A DNA stretch of 62,414 bases, the filler included, from Catajapyx aquilonaris (taxonomy: Eukaryota): NCBI GenBank assembly GCA_000934665.2. It is 3 parts of 3 records of this genome, joined end to end, with 100 filler letters (N's around TTAATTAATTAA, not from the genome) between each part and the next. Parts side by side here need not be neighbours in the genome. Positions count along the whole stretch, not along the records: positions 46,556 to 62,414 come from KZ539676.1; 2 more parts are not named here. The stretch is one strand, 5' to 3'. How positions within the stretch are numbered: the stretch's first letter is position 1; every line of letters starts with the position of its first letter. Below the pieces are notes generated by a model that worked only from the letters and a program-made list of their open reading frames with translations, ran no database searches and was not told the DNA's origin. Of this stretch, positions 50,948 through 62,414 are shown in pieces. The position numbers and the translations under genes are program-made.

Positions 50948-51334
50948 GTGAGGACGAAATTACTCATTCATGCGGTCTGGGGGTCAAATGAAACAGAGAG
51001 GTCAAAATTTTAAGGGCTATGACAGTGATGCTGTAAATTTGCCATATTTTTGGTACAACAGATAGCCTATCACAGAGGATTTTTTAAATGAATGCAACAG
51101 AGTGTGCAAGAGTCCTGCGCGTCTCCATTGTTCTGACAACAAAGTTGCTATTAACATTTACACCGGAACCTCTTTAAGAAATAATTGTGTGATCATCATG
51201 TTCCTTTGCAATTGAGCCAAATATTGTTGGTTTACACCACGTACTTGTACTGTGCTTTTTAATTTACTTTCATCACTGTACATCTCGAACCACCACTTTC
51301 AGAGGGCAATACTGTGATAATATATGGTTATGTT

Positions 51335-51600
51335 ACCGAAGCAGTTTGGAGGAGGGGATATGGTGTCCGACTGCTAATCGGGAGGTCCTGGGATCAAATC
51401 CCGGGGCCGGCAACTCTGACCGTGGTTTTCTGTGGTTTCCCACGGTCCTTCCAGGAAAATTTCGGAGATGCTTCCGTAATAATTAATAGGCCACAGCCGC
51501 TTCCTTCCATCCCTATCCTATCCCAAAGAGCACAGTAAAATGAAAAGCAAAGAGTGCCAGGCAAAACAAACTTCCCCCCTAAAGAGCCGATGGCTGATAA

Positions 51601-51633
<33 letters not shown>
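51335..51633 (+). mobile_element. SINE family A
   Basis: Full copy with TSD atatatggttatgtt and an (ATT)n tail. Confidence 0.9.
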
Positions 51634-51639
<6 letters not shown>

Positions 51640-52859
51640 GGTTATGTTAGTAATGTGACTACACATCTTAACAAATTTTGTGATGCTTTGTGCATAGCCA
51701 CCTATATGGATGAAATTTTTAATGAGCGCAACCGAATGCACATCACAGTTCAAGCAGCTTGCATGGCTGGCATCTTCAATGATAGTTGGGTCATTCCATG
51801 TCAATACAGACAAGTTGGTAGCTCGACCTTCTCAGAATTTGATATAAAAATATCATGTGCGTACACACAAATGAGCTGTTGCTAAAAACGAAATTAGAGT
51901 CACCCAGGTGAAAATCCCATGTAGATATGGCAACGTCTTTCGGCAACAATGGAGCCGGAAGAACAATTTATTTCAAGTGGAGTGTTTGTTGTAACCCCAT
52001 GATCAGATATATCAAAAGAACGGGAATGGAATGAGGAATTTTGTGGTGGCAACAGTTTTAACCCAGAGAGCAAAATAAAAATTCTAAAAAATTCGAATTA
52101 TTGTGCAAAAATGGCACATTTCCGATGGCCCAATGTCACTGTTAAACACATGCTAGGAGTGTTAAATTAATATGGTAGATACATTGTCTTGTGGTCCTTA
52201 CTACTGTATAAGGAAAACATTACAGGTCAAGCAGTCTTGGAAATAATAAATCCTGAAATTCCATTTTTTCTGTAGGTTGGTCATCTTTGAGGTAATTTTT
52301 CTCAATATAGGACTGGGTCGATTTTTTTACATTCAAAAGGACCACCACGAGTTAAATGATAACTATTGGAGCATATTGTTTTTCATTAACCTGGTAACCG
52401 TGCCGGGCCTGAAAGTATTATGGCAACCGTGCCGTGGGGTCTTTTCGGACCCCATCCATATTTTAATTTTTACTAATTATTATATCATAGTTTTCAATGT
52501 ATTGACTAATATATTATTTTTAAACATTTTATTAACGTCAGGGGTTTTTCCCCTAATGACGGAGAGTACTTGCCTTCCTTTATAATACTATGAGACTTAC
52601 AATTCAGTATTGAATACACATCAAAACAAATGCAAAAACAAAACAAGTTGTAGTTGTATGCCTTCTGTACAATGCAGTCTGAGCGAAAAAGGAAAAAGAA
52701 AAAAGAAAAAGAAAAGAAAGAAGCAACAGGCAAAAACAGGGTCGCTGTTGGGAGGTGGGATTTGTATATGTTTGGCACTGTTACAAGACAATATCAGCAA
52801 ATTGAAGCAGGTGCGTGATTTTCTAAAAGAAAGAGTACAATTTGTGTATTTGGAGGGTC

Positions 52860-53586
52860 GGGATGTCTACAAATAGAAAGAATAATTTGTCTGGGGGGAG
52901 GGAGGGCCATGTCAACATGTGGTTTTTTCTCAGTGTATCAAAAAATGGGCAAATGTATAACAGATGATGAAGGATAAATGGTTCTTTTAAATTACATGGC
53001 GTGCAATTTATCTCTTCATTAAATTGAATTTTGTAGGAGTTTATATAAAACCAAGATGAATTATTTCGGAGGTTAGCCATAAGTCTGAGTGAATGTATTG
53101 GGAGATTGGAGTTGAGGTATGTTTCCAGATATGGGGACTCTTTGATTTAAAAATAATGTGCATATCTCTTGGACGACTTTAAATCTGAAAAATCTCTTTG
53201 AATCGAAATGTCCGCATATGTGGTGAGCATACCTAGTATCGAATTGACATTCTCTTCCACCAACCAGCTATAGGCAGACACTCCCATCTTCTCGAATTCT
53301 CTCGACACAACCCAATCCAACTTTTGGAATTTCCACATGGTGATTTATTTACTTCGTAGTTAAAACATCTTTTAGTTAGTGAGTCTCGTTGCAACTTCTT
53401 TACTTTCAATAGCCATTTAATTAGATTTTTCATTATTCGAAGTGCTAATGGTCTGCGCCCAGTCTCAAGTCTGACAAAATATCCAGCTGAACAGCTGGGG
53501 AGTACTAAGAATTTTTTAATGAAATACATTTGCACTTGTTCGAGTGTATCCAAATAATACAGACCCAATGTATTGACTATATACAA
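52860..53586 (-). mobile_element. Non-LTR C-terminal fragment (RTE-X-like)
   Basis: LEQVQMYFIKKFL..VRLETGR and the CCHC knuckle CTPCNLKEPFILHHLLYICP; frameshifted. Confidence 0.75.
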
Positions 53587-53653
53587 TCATTCATTGAACA
53601 ATGCCTAAAATGATCGCTAATTCAAAATAAACATGCACTTCTTGTTATGGTAT

Positions 53654-53889
53654 TTTTTTTATTATTGATATTAAGGAGGTTGGCCCAGCATTGCCTTTCA
53701 ACCTCCAAGGATAGGGAAGGAAGGAAGCGGCAGTGGCCTATTATATGGAAACAACCCCGGAATTATCCTAGGAAGACCGTGGAAAACCACAGAAAACCAC
53801 GGTCAGGGTTGCCGGCCCCGGGATTCGAACCCAGGACCTCCCGATTAGCAGGCGGATGCCCTATCCACTATGCCAACCTGCTTCGGTGA
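53654..53889 (-). mobile_element. SINE family A head and body with a different tail (type 2)
   Basis: Same head and body. Tail contains a GGAGGTTG..CAACCTCC hairpin. TSD ttgttatggtat. Confidence 0.85.
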
Positions 53890-54143
53890 TTGTTATGGTA
53901 TACTGTAGAAAAAATGGCAAAAGTTCATTGTAATTATCATTTTAATGCATTTTCATTCCTTCGGGCCCAAAAAGACCCCACGGCACGGTTCCACTCCTAC
54001 TGCAAATCATCAAGAAAAGGGAAAAAAACGGCGAAAAAAAAAACCCGCAGTCAAAGGGTTAAGTTGGGACAAAAAGGTCAAACAAAGTCATCTGAAAGGA
54101 ACCGAATAATTGGAACACTTATTAGCATTTCCACAATTTTCAG

Positions 54144-55358
54144 GCCGTGCTGGTAGACACAAGGGAATGCATGCCCAGTAATTCCACTGCGGACACTGCC
54201 CCACCGCCTGAACCGACCCTTGACCCCGCAACATCTGGTTCACTGAAGGACAGCAATAACTGCATGATATGCGCAACCAAGATCCCAGCCTCAAAGCGAG
54301 GATGCTGCAACATGCTCCAAGAAGGAAAGCAGACGACCAATGCATCCCACAAGCCGTTGCTCATAAGGCTGGGAAATATCCTTGGTGTTCCGCTGAGTCC
54401 GACAGAGGCACGGTCGTACATGGTGTGCCAAAAGTGCTTGAAGCTGCTGAACGACGTGGACACAGTGGAGGTCACCCTGGAGAACATGAAGGATGATATT
54501 CGCCGCAAGTATAATAGAAGCGTAGAGTTCTGGGAGAAGTTGGAGAGCGGACAGCCAGATTCGGATGAACAGATTAAGGAAAAGCTGCCTAAACGCAAGG
54601 TATGCAGACGAGCGCAGAACCAGCCTGAGGTTGAGACTGGTGCGTGTGAAGGCTGCACGGATGGGCAATTGGCGGAGACAGACTTTGAATTCGATGAAGA
54701 CGAGGAGGATGATTCCAGTGGTGCCGACCCTCTGGACCAGATGTCCACACACGTTGATAAGCGTCCGTTCCAATGTGATTCATGCGGAAAGACTTTTACC
54801 CGCAAGGTGAACTATGTAATTCATTTGCGGACGCACACTGGTGAGCGTCCGTTTCAATGCGAGCTGTGTGGTGTCCGATTCTCGCAGCAATCCAATCTGC
54901 GATCACACACGCGTGCCACACACTTACATGACCGGCGTTACAGATGCGAGGCATGCGATGTTGGTTTCAAGAGGCGTCGCCTTCTGGCCTACCACAACAA
55001 CCGTGTCCACACTGGGGAGCGTCCCTACAAGTGCGAGCAGTGTAACAACTCGTTTATCTACCAAACCAACTACAAGAAGCACCTCAAGAGCCACACAGGG
55101 GAGAAGCTGCACAAGTGCGAGATCTGCGGGAAGGCGTTTAATTCCCGAGACAACCGCAACACCCACCTGTTCACCCACTCAGACAAGAAGCGCTACGAGT
55201 GCAAGGTGTGCGGTAGGGGCTACATGAGGAAGTCCCCGCTCTACACGCACATGAAAGGTGAGGGACACTTCCAAGACATCATTACTGTCAACCACCTACT
55301 GATCCACCACGTCGATGGTGCAGAAGTGGAATTAAGGGTGAAGCCGTGCGATGCCAAG
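54144..55358 (+). CDS. ZAD-C2H2 zinc-finger gene, exon 3 (ZAD domain plus six C2H2 fingers)
   Basis: ATTTTCAG acceptor and AAG|GTAATC donor. CMIC...[16 protein letters not shown] pattern and HTGERPF/HTGERPY/HTGEKL linkers. Confidence 0.92.
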
Positions 55359-55441
55359 GTAATCGATTTATTTAATTATTACATATTTTTACAACATTTA
55401 CCCGAGCCTATTTTAAACAGTAAAAATATATTTCCATGCAG

Positions 55442-55639
55442 GTTGGGCAGGAGTCGACCATTGAGGGTATGGCTGTGGCCGAAGACGATCCGGGGGATCC
55501 GGCCTCCGTTGTCATAGTTGATGGCCTGCAGCTGGAGGCCATGGAGGAAGCGGGAGATGGGGTCCCCATGGATGGAGTTGCTGCCGGTCCAGAGGTTGTG
55601 ATGAAGAAGGGTGGCGGAAGTGTGAAAACGTCAGAGTGA
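55442..55639 (+). CDS. ZAD-C2H2 zinc-finger gene, last exon
   Basis: TTTCCATGCAG acceptor, phase 0, reading to TGA. AATAAA at 55865. Confidence 0.7.
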   Translation, partial: VGQESTIEGMAVAEDDPGDPASVVIVDGLQLEAMEEAGDGVPMDGVAAGPEVVMKKGGGSVKTSE

Positions 55640-56946
55640 AATCAGAGGAGCGAGGTGTCGCAGCAGTGGGTCCCATGCATCCTGACACTGCTTTAAAATC
55701 ATCCTGGTGTTTTGCGATGAACGTAGCACTTCCTATGTCCTCCTTTCAAGTTCAATTTGTTAGCGCCGAGCTGTGGAAACTGACGGTGCTACACATTTTG
55801 TATTGTATTGGTTGTTGTTGGAATGGTAGGCTACCCACATACACTGGGTTTTATGTTTAATGTTAATAAATTGTCATTCTGTCTGTTCTATATCCGAGTA
55901 TCACTCCTATGCACTGCTCCAAGAACTGGTACAATATCTCTCTTGTAAATGAAATGACGGCCTCTATGTCAAGTTGCATCTAGGTAAAGAATGCTCACCA
56001 AGTTAGTCCCACTATTCATGACACTGCCCTGAAGTACATCGCAGGACACTTGTTGATGACTCCCGTGATTGCAGACGGCAGCAGAACTGGTGCAGCATCA
56101 GACGCAACATGTGCTCGGCAGATCGAGGCCTCACCAGGGGATGATTTCTGCAAACATTTTGGCAAAATTAGCAGAGAATCATGCAATATTCTGTCATTTT
56201 TCACTATGTGTGGCAGTATTATTCAGTGACCAGAATAAACGCTGACAATGAAATGCGGCAAGTACAAAAATTTATATCTGACTTTAGCATTAGCTTCTAC
56301 AGGATTAAAGACTTGAAATGTCGGTACGCTGCTGGAACGCTTCGTATGATTTGATGGAATCTGGTGATGTCATGGGACAGACAGTTTGCAGAGCCTCGTC
56401 AAAGTGGTGTTTCTCCACCATCAGATTGTCTGCGAGTGGGTTTCCATGTAGGCTTTCGTGAGCAGCCCCAAGGCTCCAGTGCGACAAAGTCCAACAATCT
56501 CCGCTCCTGAGAAGCCGTCGGTCGCACGTCCAAGAATGCACAGATCCGCATCTGAGCTCAGAGGCATTTTCCGCTTCTCCACTTCCAGTACAGCCATGTG
56601 TGTCTCGAAATCAGTCAATGGACATACACAAGCTGGTCCAGTCTGCCAGGCCTCAAAAAAGTCAATTGTTTATGAAAAAGTGATAAAAACTATTTCTGTA
56701 GCCGCAGTTATCATGAGCTTACTGATCGATGAGGTCGGGTCTGCTAGTGGTGGCTAGTACAATGACAATCACGCCTCTGAGCGCCTGTATGCCGTCTATC
56801 TCGGTCAGCATCTGCGCGTTGTGAACTCCACCGCCCTCCTGACTCTCCGCCAGGGCATCCAACTCGTCAAAGAACAACACGGACAGTGCCACTTGCCTGG
56901 CTCTCCTGAACACGCTTCTCACCGCCTGCTCGCTTTCACCTATATA

Positions 56947-57340
56947 CAGGGTGGTCCAACTTCAAGTGTCGTTTTATAACTGCGATTAATAGCAGTGATT
57001 TTGCGATGACGTAGCAGCGACATGTAAAATGTCCCACTTCGGCGCCATCGAAAATATTAGCTGCCAATAGCAGCACACATGTAATCAACCCTGCTGCTGG
57101 GTTGACCTGGAAAAAAGGAGGTGCACACATGACCTGCGATGCGCCTGGGTGAAATGGGTGACGTCCAAGGCACCAGATGGACCATGGACCTGTAATGCAA
57201 GGGGGAAGCCTGCAAACGAAACACAGCTAATATTTTCGATGGCGCCGAAGTGGGCCATTTTACACGTGGCTGCTACGATAATCGTAAAGCGCTTCTATTA
57301 ATAGCCGTTATAAAACGACACTTGAAGTTGGACCACCCTG
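56947..57340. mobile_element. Tc1/mariner MITE with ~117-bp TIRs, inserted in SPATA5 D2
   Basis: TA-cagggtggtccaacttcaag ... cttgaagttggaccaccctg-TA. Removing it restores GKYIGESE. Confidence 0.9.
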
Positions 57341-58116
57341 TATTTACCAAGGAGGTCTGACGCCTTCATGGACATGAAGTTGAGGCCTGACTGCGTGGCT
57401 ACGGCTTTGGCGGCCAGTGTCTCTGAGCAGCCTGGAGGCCCATACATTAGGAGACCACAAGGCAGACGGATCCCAAGGTGGGCGAAGGACTGGTGGTGGA
57501 TCAACCCCCAGAAAATACACTGATTCAGCAGCATCTTCAGGTGGTCCTGGCCGCCAATGTCATCCCGTAGAACCTGTCGAGAAACATTGTAATGCAAACC
57601 TGAACAATTAGAGCACAACTTGCATTGAGGGCATCCAGTGAAATGTGCTTCATGGCTGATGGCTGCACGATGCTCATGGCTCATCGCAGGTTGTCGCTAC
57701 TCGGCCGCCCATGGTCTCTGCTTCCGGCATGCTCCACAAGCTCCTTCAAGTCAGCTGCCACAAACCCATGTGCTTGCAATGCCACCTCTTCAACCAAGAC
57801 ATCATCATCACCCAGAATGGCCATCAGAATCGCCTCTTCACGCCTGGGGGGACACAATTCAATCTGCCTTTCCAGCCGGCCAGCCCTGAGCACATCTGCG
57901 TTCATGTAATCGGGAAAAGCCGCAGTGGACATAACCAACACCGGACAACCATAACTGGCAATCTGATCAAGCTGACCGCGCAGAGCTGAAGTGATGCACA
58001 ATTGGTGATGGCTTGTCGAATCCGCTATCTTGGCCCTCGATAAGCATAACACTCAGGCTGTCCTTAATCGCCATGTCGAAGTGCTGCCTCAATGCAGATT
58101 CAGTCTCGCCCACATA

Positions 58117-59227
58117 GGGTGGGGCAAAAGTCATGGGCTGGTTTAAACGACGCAGCAAGGCGTAAGTAACGAACGATTATATATTTTTTAAATTACACTA
58201 CACTGAGAAAGATATGCCATTTATGGATCAAGGTCCAAAAAAGTCACTTCTTGAAAACAACACCGGATAGATGGCCACCTTTGCGGGCAACACATATTCC
58301 TCCAAACGCCGGACGAAACCCTTCATAACGGATAACGCGCTCCAGCATGTCCAGTGAAATGTTTCTCACGGCGCGTCTTACCTGATCCTTAAGATCAGCC
58401 AATGACTGAGGACGTGTGGCGAACACCAAACTCTTCAGGTACCTCCACAAGAAGAAGTCAGGGGTGGTCAAATCCAGCGGCCGCGACGGCCAAGGAATGT
58501 CCCCAAATCTCGAAATGACCCTCCCAGGAAACACGTGACTTTTAATTTGTTCGGTGTTCGCCACACTTCCTCAGTCACTGGCTGATCTTAAGGATCAGAT
58601 AAGTCATAAGACACACCGTGAGAAACATTTCCCTGGACATGCTGGAGCGCATTATGAAAGGTTTCGTCCGGCGTTTGGAGGAATATGTGTTGCCCGCAAA
58701 GGTGGACATCTATGTTGTTTTCAAGAAGTGACTTTTTTGGACCTTGAACCATAAATGGCATATCTTTCGGGGAGGTGTGGTGGCCGAGATGGTAACGTCT
58801 CGGCTTGCTGACTGAAAGGCCCCAGGTTCGATCCCCGCCTGAGGAACTTTCCTTTCACCTGCGTCAGGAGGGTCTCTGACCTACACCAAGGAGCTGTCTG
58901 GCAACCTAACCTCCTGGGGAACAGCACATGACCCATTAGCTACGACATTGCACTTTGCACCCATGTTCCCTCCCCAAAAATCCCTATCCTTTCCCATTCT
59001 CCCTGTTTCCTTGCACCGGTGAATGAAGTGAAAATATATACAGAAAACTGATGGTGGTATGCCACCCCCCTATAGCTCCCGTAAGGGACATCACGGGGTA
59101 AAATATATATAACAAAAAAAAATTGCATATCTTTCTGTGTGTAGTGTAATTTTTCTTAAATATAATCGTTCGTTACTTACGCCATGCTGCGTCGTTTAAA
59201 CCAGCCCATGACTTTTGCCCCACCCAG
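58117..59227. mobile_element. Tc1/mariner foldback derivative inserted in SPATA5 D1
   Basis: TIR (ct)gggtggggcaaaagtcatgggctgg with TA flanks. Transposase C-terminus WPSRPLDLTTPDFFLWRYLK..KGGH, with its 3' portion present on both strands. Removing it restores CKYVGETE. Confidence 0.88.
58769..59124 (+). mobile_element. tRNA-derived SINE family C, nested in a mariner-type foldback
   Basis: A box TGGCCGAGATGG, B box GGTTCGATCC, A-rich tail, 11-bp TSD gcatatctttc. Confidence 0.85.
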
Positions 59228-60579
59228 TATTTACAAAACAAGTCAGGGGCCTTCAGTCTGAATTGTTTCACGCAACGAGATGCCAGGTGGTTTGCAGCCG
59301 CTTGCATCAGGGTAGTCTTTCCCACTTCGGGAGGACAGTGGATTAGTACTCCAGCTGGTGGCGACCAAGTACTAGTTGGCTTCCCACCAAACACCATTCA
59401 ATTCAAATCACGTAACACTTCCACCTGCGATTTCATGCCAGGGATATTATCCAAGATGAAAGACAGGTGAGATTCAGCCGTGTCTGTTGATTTAGCCGAC
59501 ATCTCAAGCACCGTATCCAGCCCCAGTTTGCAGCAAGGGTCCAGCGTCAACTGACCCAACTGTTCTTCGGCTGAACTACCACGCAGCTCGACGCGCACAA
59601 CATCCAGTTGCACCTTGTCGCCATAGCAGTTTGGATGTATCGTCTCACCTACATGCAAGTACGTGTCCATGTACTCACTTTTCACCCACTCGATGAGCGT
59701 GGTTCCGTTGTATTCACACTTCCACCTCAGTCTAAAGCGCAACACGCCAGCTATGGGAATCGGATTGTCAAATGCTTTCATCTGTATCCGCTTACCAAAG
59801 TTAATCCGCTTCGTAGGGGCCACCAGTAAGTGCGGACTGCCATCAGAAGTTTTCCACGCTTTAAAAACATGTGTGCAATTTTTGTCGCGGACATTGCATA
59901 CGGCCGATGCTGCAGCACGTACACCAAGAGGCGATGACATCTAGTCGGAGCAGCTTGTGACAAATCTGGACAATTACTTTCCACACATTAGCGTTCGACA
60001 CTGGTCAAGTACACTGTGTAATTGTCACCTTGCTTATCTCTTGACCGTCCCGTGATATGTTTCGTCATGCACATATGGCCATTCCTCTTCTACATCATCT
60101 TGTTTTCCTCTGGACAACCTTTCTCTTGATGCAAAGTCAGATGGGCATAAAGGGTAATGACATTTGCACTCAACGCAAGCCAACCAACTGATTGAGGACT
60201 TGCCTCGAGGTGACTTCCTGGGTGTACGCTGCGGCATTGTTGGGCAACTTCCCAGCGGAAGGGAACTTTATTATTGCACACATACAGATCCTGTGCACCT
60301 ACCTGTGTGATCCTGCCACGTCAGGGCGGCAACAATGGTATGCGTAGGTCACAAGTTATAGTTTAGAAGCGAAGTGTGGTGATCTACTGATCCTGCTTTC
60401 AATGAGGCGAGGAGTTAGGTCCATGCCTGTCCGTAATTGTGGCACAGGCGCGACAAAATACCATGAATAATAGTGAGAAGTGATTGTACACCTGCGTCAA
60501 AATTATATGCTCCTTAGGCTGTGGTCCAATATTACTTTTTTGTTTCTTTTTTCTATACACAAATACAGTAATTTTTTAT

Positions 60580-60754
60580 TGTTATTATTTATACCCCATT
60601 GTGAGAATCGGCGCTCCATTAGGTGGGTGGAGTACCACCATTGGATGGGTCCAAGGGTAGGGAAAGAATGAAGCTGCTGTGGCCTATTAAACGGAAGCGA
60701 TCCCGGAATTATCCTGGGGGGGGGCATGGAAAACCCCAGAAAACCACGGTCAGG
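60580..60754 (-). mobile_element. SINE family A body with tail type 3 (head lost in the gap)
   Basis: Reverse complement of the body and tail of the 61013 copy. Confidence 0.8.
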
Positions 60755-61012
60755 NNNNNNNNNNNNNNNNNNNNNNNNNNNNNNNNNNNNNNNNNNNNNN
60801 NNNNNNNNNNNNNNNNNNNNNNNNNNNNNNNNNNNNNNNNNNNNNNNNNNNNNNGTTGGGGGGGGGGGGGGGGAAGCATGCACTGTGGTACATGCAGACA
60901 GTCGTGATAGTAATTAATCAGGTGTTTGACCCCCTTCTTCACGGAAGAGACCCCAATTGAGTGTTATTGATAGATATAACTTCATATCGCTTCCTATTTA
61001 TATCGACTTGCA

Positions 61013-61331
61013 ATCGAAGCAGGTTGGTGTAGTGTAGGGGTTAAGGAGCCAGACTGCTAATCGGGATGTCCTGGGTTCGAATCCCGAGGCCGGCGATCCT
61101 GACCGTGGTTTTCTGTGGTTTTCCATGCTCCCCCCAGGATAATTCCGGGGTTGTTTCCGTATAATAGGCGACAGCCGCTTCCTCCTGCTTCCCTATAAAT
61201 CCTTGGCCCCATCCTTGTGTGAAGAAAATTTCAGAAAAATTGAGAGGTAGAATGGTGGTATTCCACCCCTCTAATGGAGAGCCGATTCTCCCGATGGGGT
61301 AATATACCGTAAAATAATATTTTTAAAAAAA
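61013..61331 (+). mobile_element. SINE family A head and body with tail type 3
   Basis: B box GGTTCGAATCC, tail tggtggtattccacccc..gatggggta, flanked by atcgacttg repeats. Confidence 0.85.
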
Positions 61332-62414
61332 ATCGACTTGTGTGCATAGAATCGAATCCGTCCACCCTTTTCTCTCTCTCTCTCTCGGAATAGGCGTGGA
61401 ATAGGTGTTGAAATACTCTGCAAATAGCGCAAGAGTCACACCCATTATCTTCACAGTACCCAAAGTTATTATAGGTGCTATACATGAGTAATTTGGGGGG
61501 TGCTGTAAGTAGAAGGATAGAGCTCTGGCAGTCTGCAGCAATGTTGTTGAGAGATGAGTTTGTTTTCATTGCTGTTATTGTTACTTTAATCGGACTGATA
61601 GAAGTCTTGCGGGAAGATCGCTCAAGATCAGGAGAACGACAAAGGCAGACGAATCGCCTCTCGAGGACTCGGACTCGGAGGCTTACTGATTCCGTGAGTA
61701 CAATATTTTTATATCTATCCAGCCCTTTTAGCATTACCGTTAGCTTGACACACCTTGTGAAGGAATGGTCTTTTAAAGGGTGCTAAATATCCAGAATAAC
61801 ATAACATTCTGTAGAAAAGTGTGTAAGGGAGACCGGGCCACAGTGGTCCACGGGGCACAGTGGTCCTTTCCATTTAAAAAAACTTAGGAACCGGAATAAC
61901 GTCTTCATCTATAGTACCTCGTGAAACAGGTCACTATTGTGCTTCTCATTGCCACCTGTTAGATGGCTGCGATCCTGCTGTATCAGGGGAAATCTACTTG
62001 AAGGGTAGTGAAGTAACTTCTAACCCGCAGTTTAAATGCCCTGTCAGGCGTAGACCTTTGATACTAACCAATTTGCCAGGAAACAGAAGTATTCGACATT
62101 TTTCAGCCATCACTTGCGGACTTCGAAGTATAGGGCAGGTGATCCCATATTGTGGCAAACTTATGGCATCATTATTTCGCCATTCGAACAGCATTATCTT
62201 TTTACACGCTTTATATTAGTTTCACTTTGTCTGTGAGTGTGTGTGTCCACCCCTCCGTTCGCCCTTGCCCCACCATCTATCGGTGGGTATTAACGTTAGG
62301 GGTGATTTTGCGCCTTGCCACACCATCTAGCGGTTCGTATTCGCATTAGGTAGTCACGTGATTGGCTGTGTTCGATACCTCCCTACCGTCTGCGGTAGTA
62401 GTCACATGATGGGT

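Larger units (their letters stand above)
56305..60237 (-). pseudogene. SPATA5: SPATA5/AFG2A-like double AAA+ ATPase pseudogene, unprocessed and TE-disrupted
   Basis: Fragments GVLIHCPPEVGKT (D1 Walker A), KY-VGETESALR, LRAGRLERQIE, DIGGQ..LMYGPPGCSET (D2, SPATA5-type GPPGCSKT), [24 protein letters not shown]. In-frame stops at 59398, 57681 and 60034, frameshifts, two TE insertions, and residual short introns. Confidence 0.85.

Noticed and set aside
54140..54805. Antisense ORFs opposite the zinc-finger genes (also 47225-47737)
   Set aside because: Shadow ORFs of GC3-rich coding sequence.
61231..61786. 167-aa and 103-aa ORFs
   Set aside because: They overlap a SINE tail and a CT repeat, and contain no recognisable domain.

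Overview
Eukaryotic, intron-rich, repeat-rich genomic DNA, most likely from an arthropod (it has a ZAD zinc-finger gene and many 50-90 nt introns). The window appears to be three contigs joined by artificial 100-bp spacers (44N-TTAATTAATTAA-44N at 15876-15975 and 46456-46555). Genes: (1) a strongly divergent nardilysin/insulysin-like M16A peptidase on the minus strand, 5149-13599, with 10-11 exons in consistent phase and the catalytic N-terminal exons missing at the first spacer; (2) the 5' exons of a TRPC channel resembling the nematode TRP-1 clade (34911-35121, 40998-41213, probable first exon 27481-27510), cut off by the second spacer; (3) a C2H2/C2HC zinc-finger gene with an intronless CDS (47111-47938); (4) a 4-exon ZAD-C2H2 gene (50254-55639); (5) an unprocessed SPATA5/AFG2A AAA-ATPase pseudogene (56305-60237, minus), in which both pore-loop Tyr codons are interrupted by different Tc1/mariner-type elements. 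The rest is a dense TE landscape: tRNA-derived SINEs with shuffled modules and a shared 3' stem-loop (including a V-SINE), RTE and RTE-X fragments, a Helitron end, and many MITE and foldback elements (hAT, Tc1/mariner, CAC-terminal, Sola1-like). I found no CRISPR or other prokaryotic-type system. All homology calls come from recalled motifs, not database searches.
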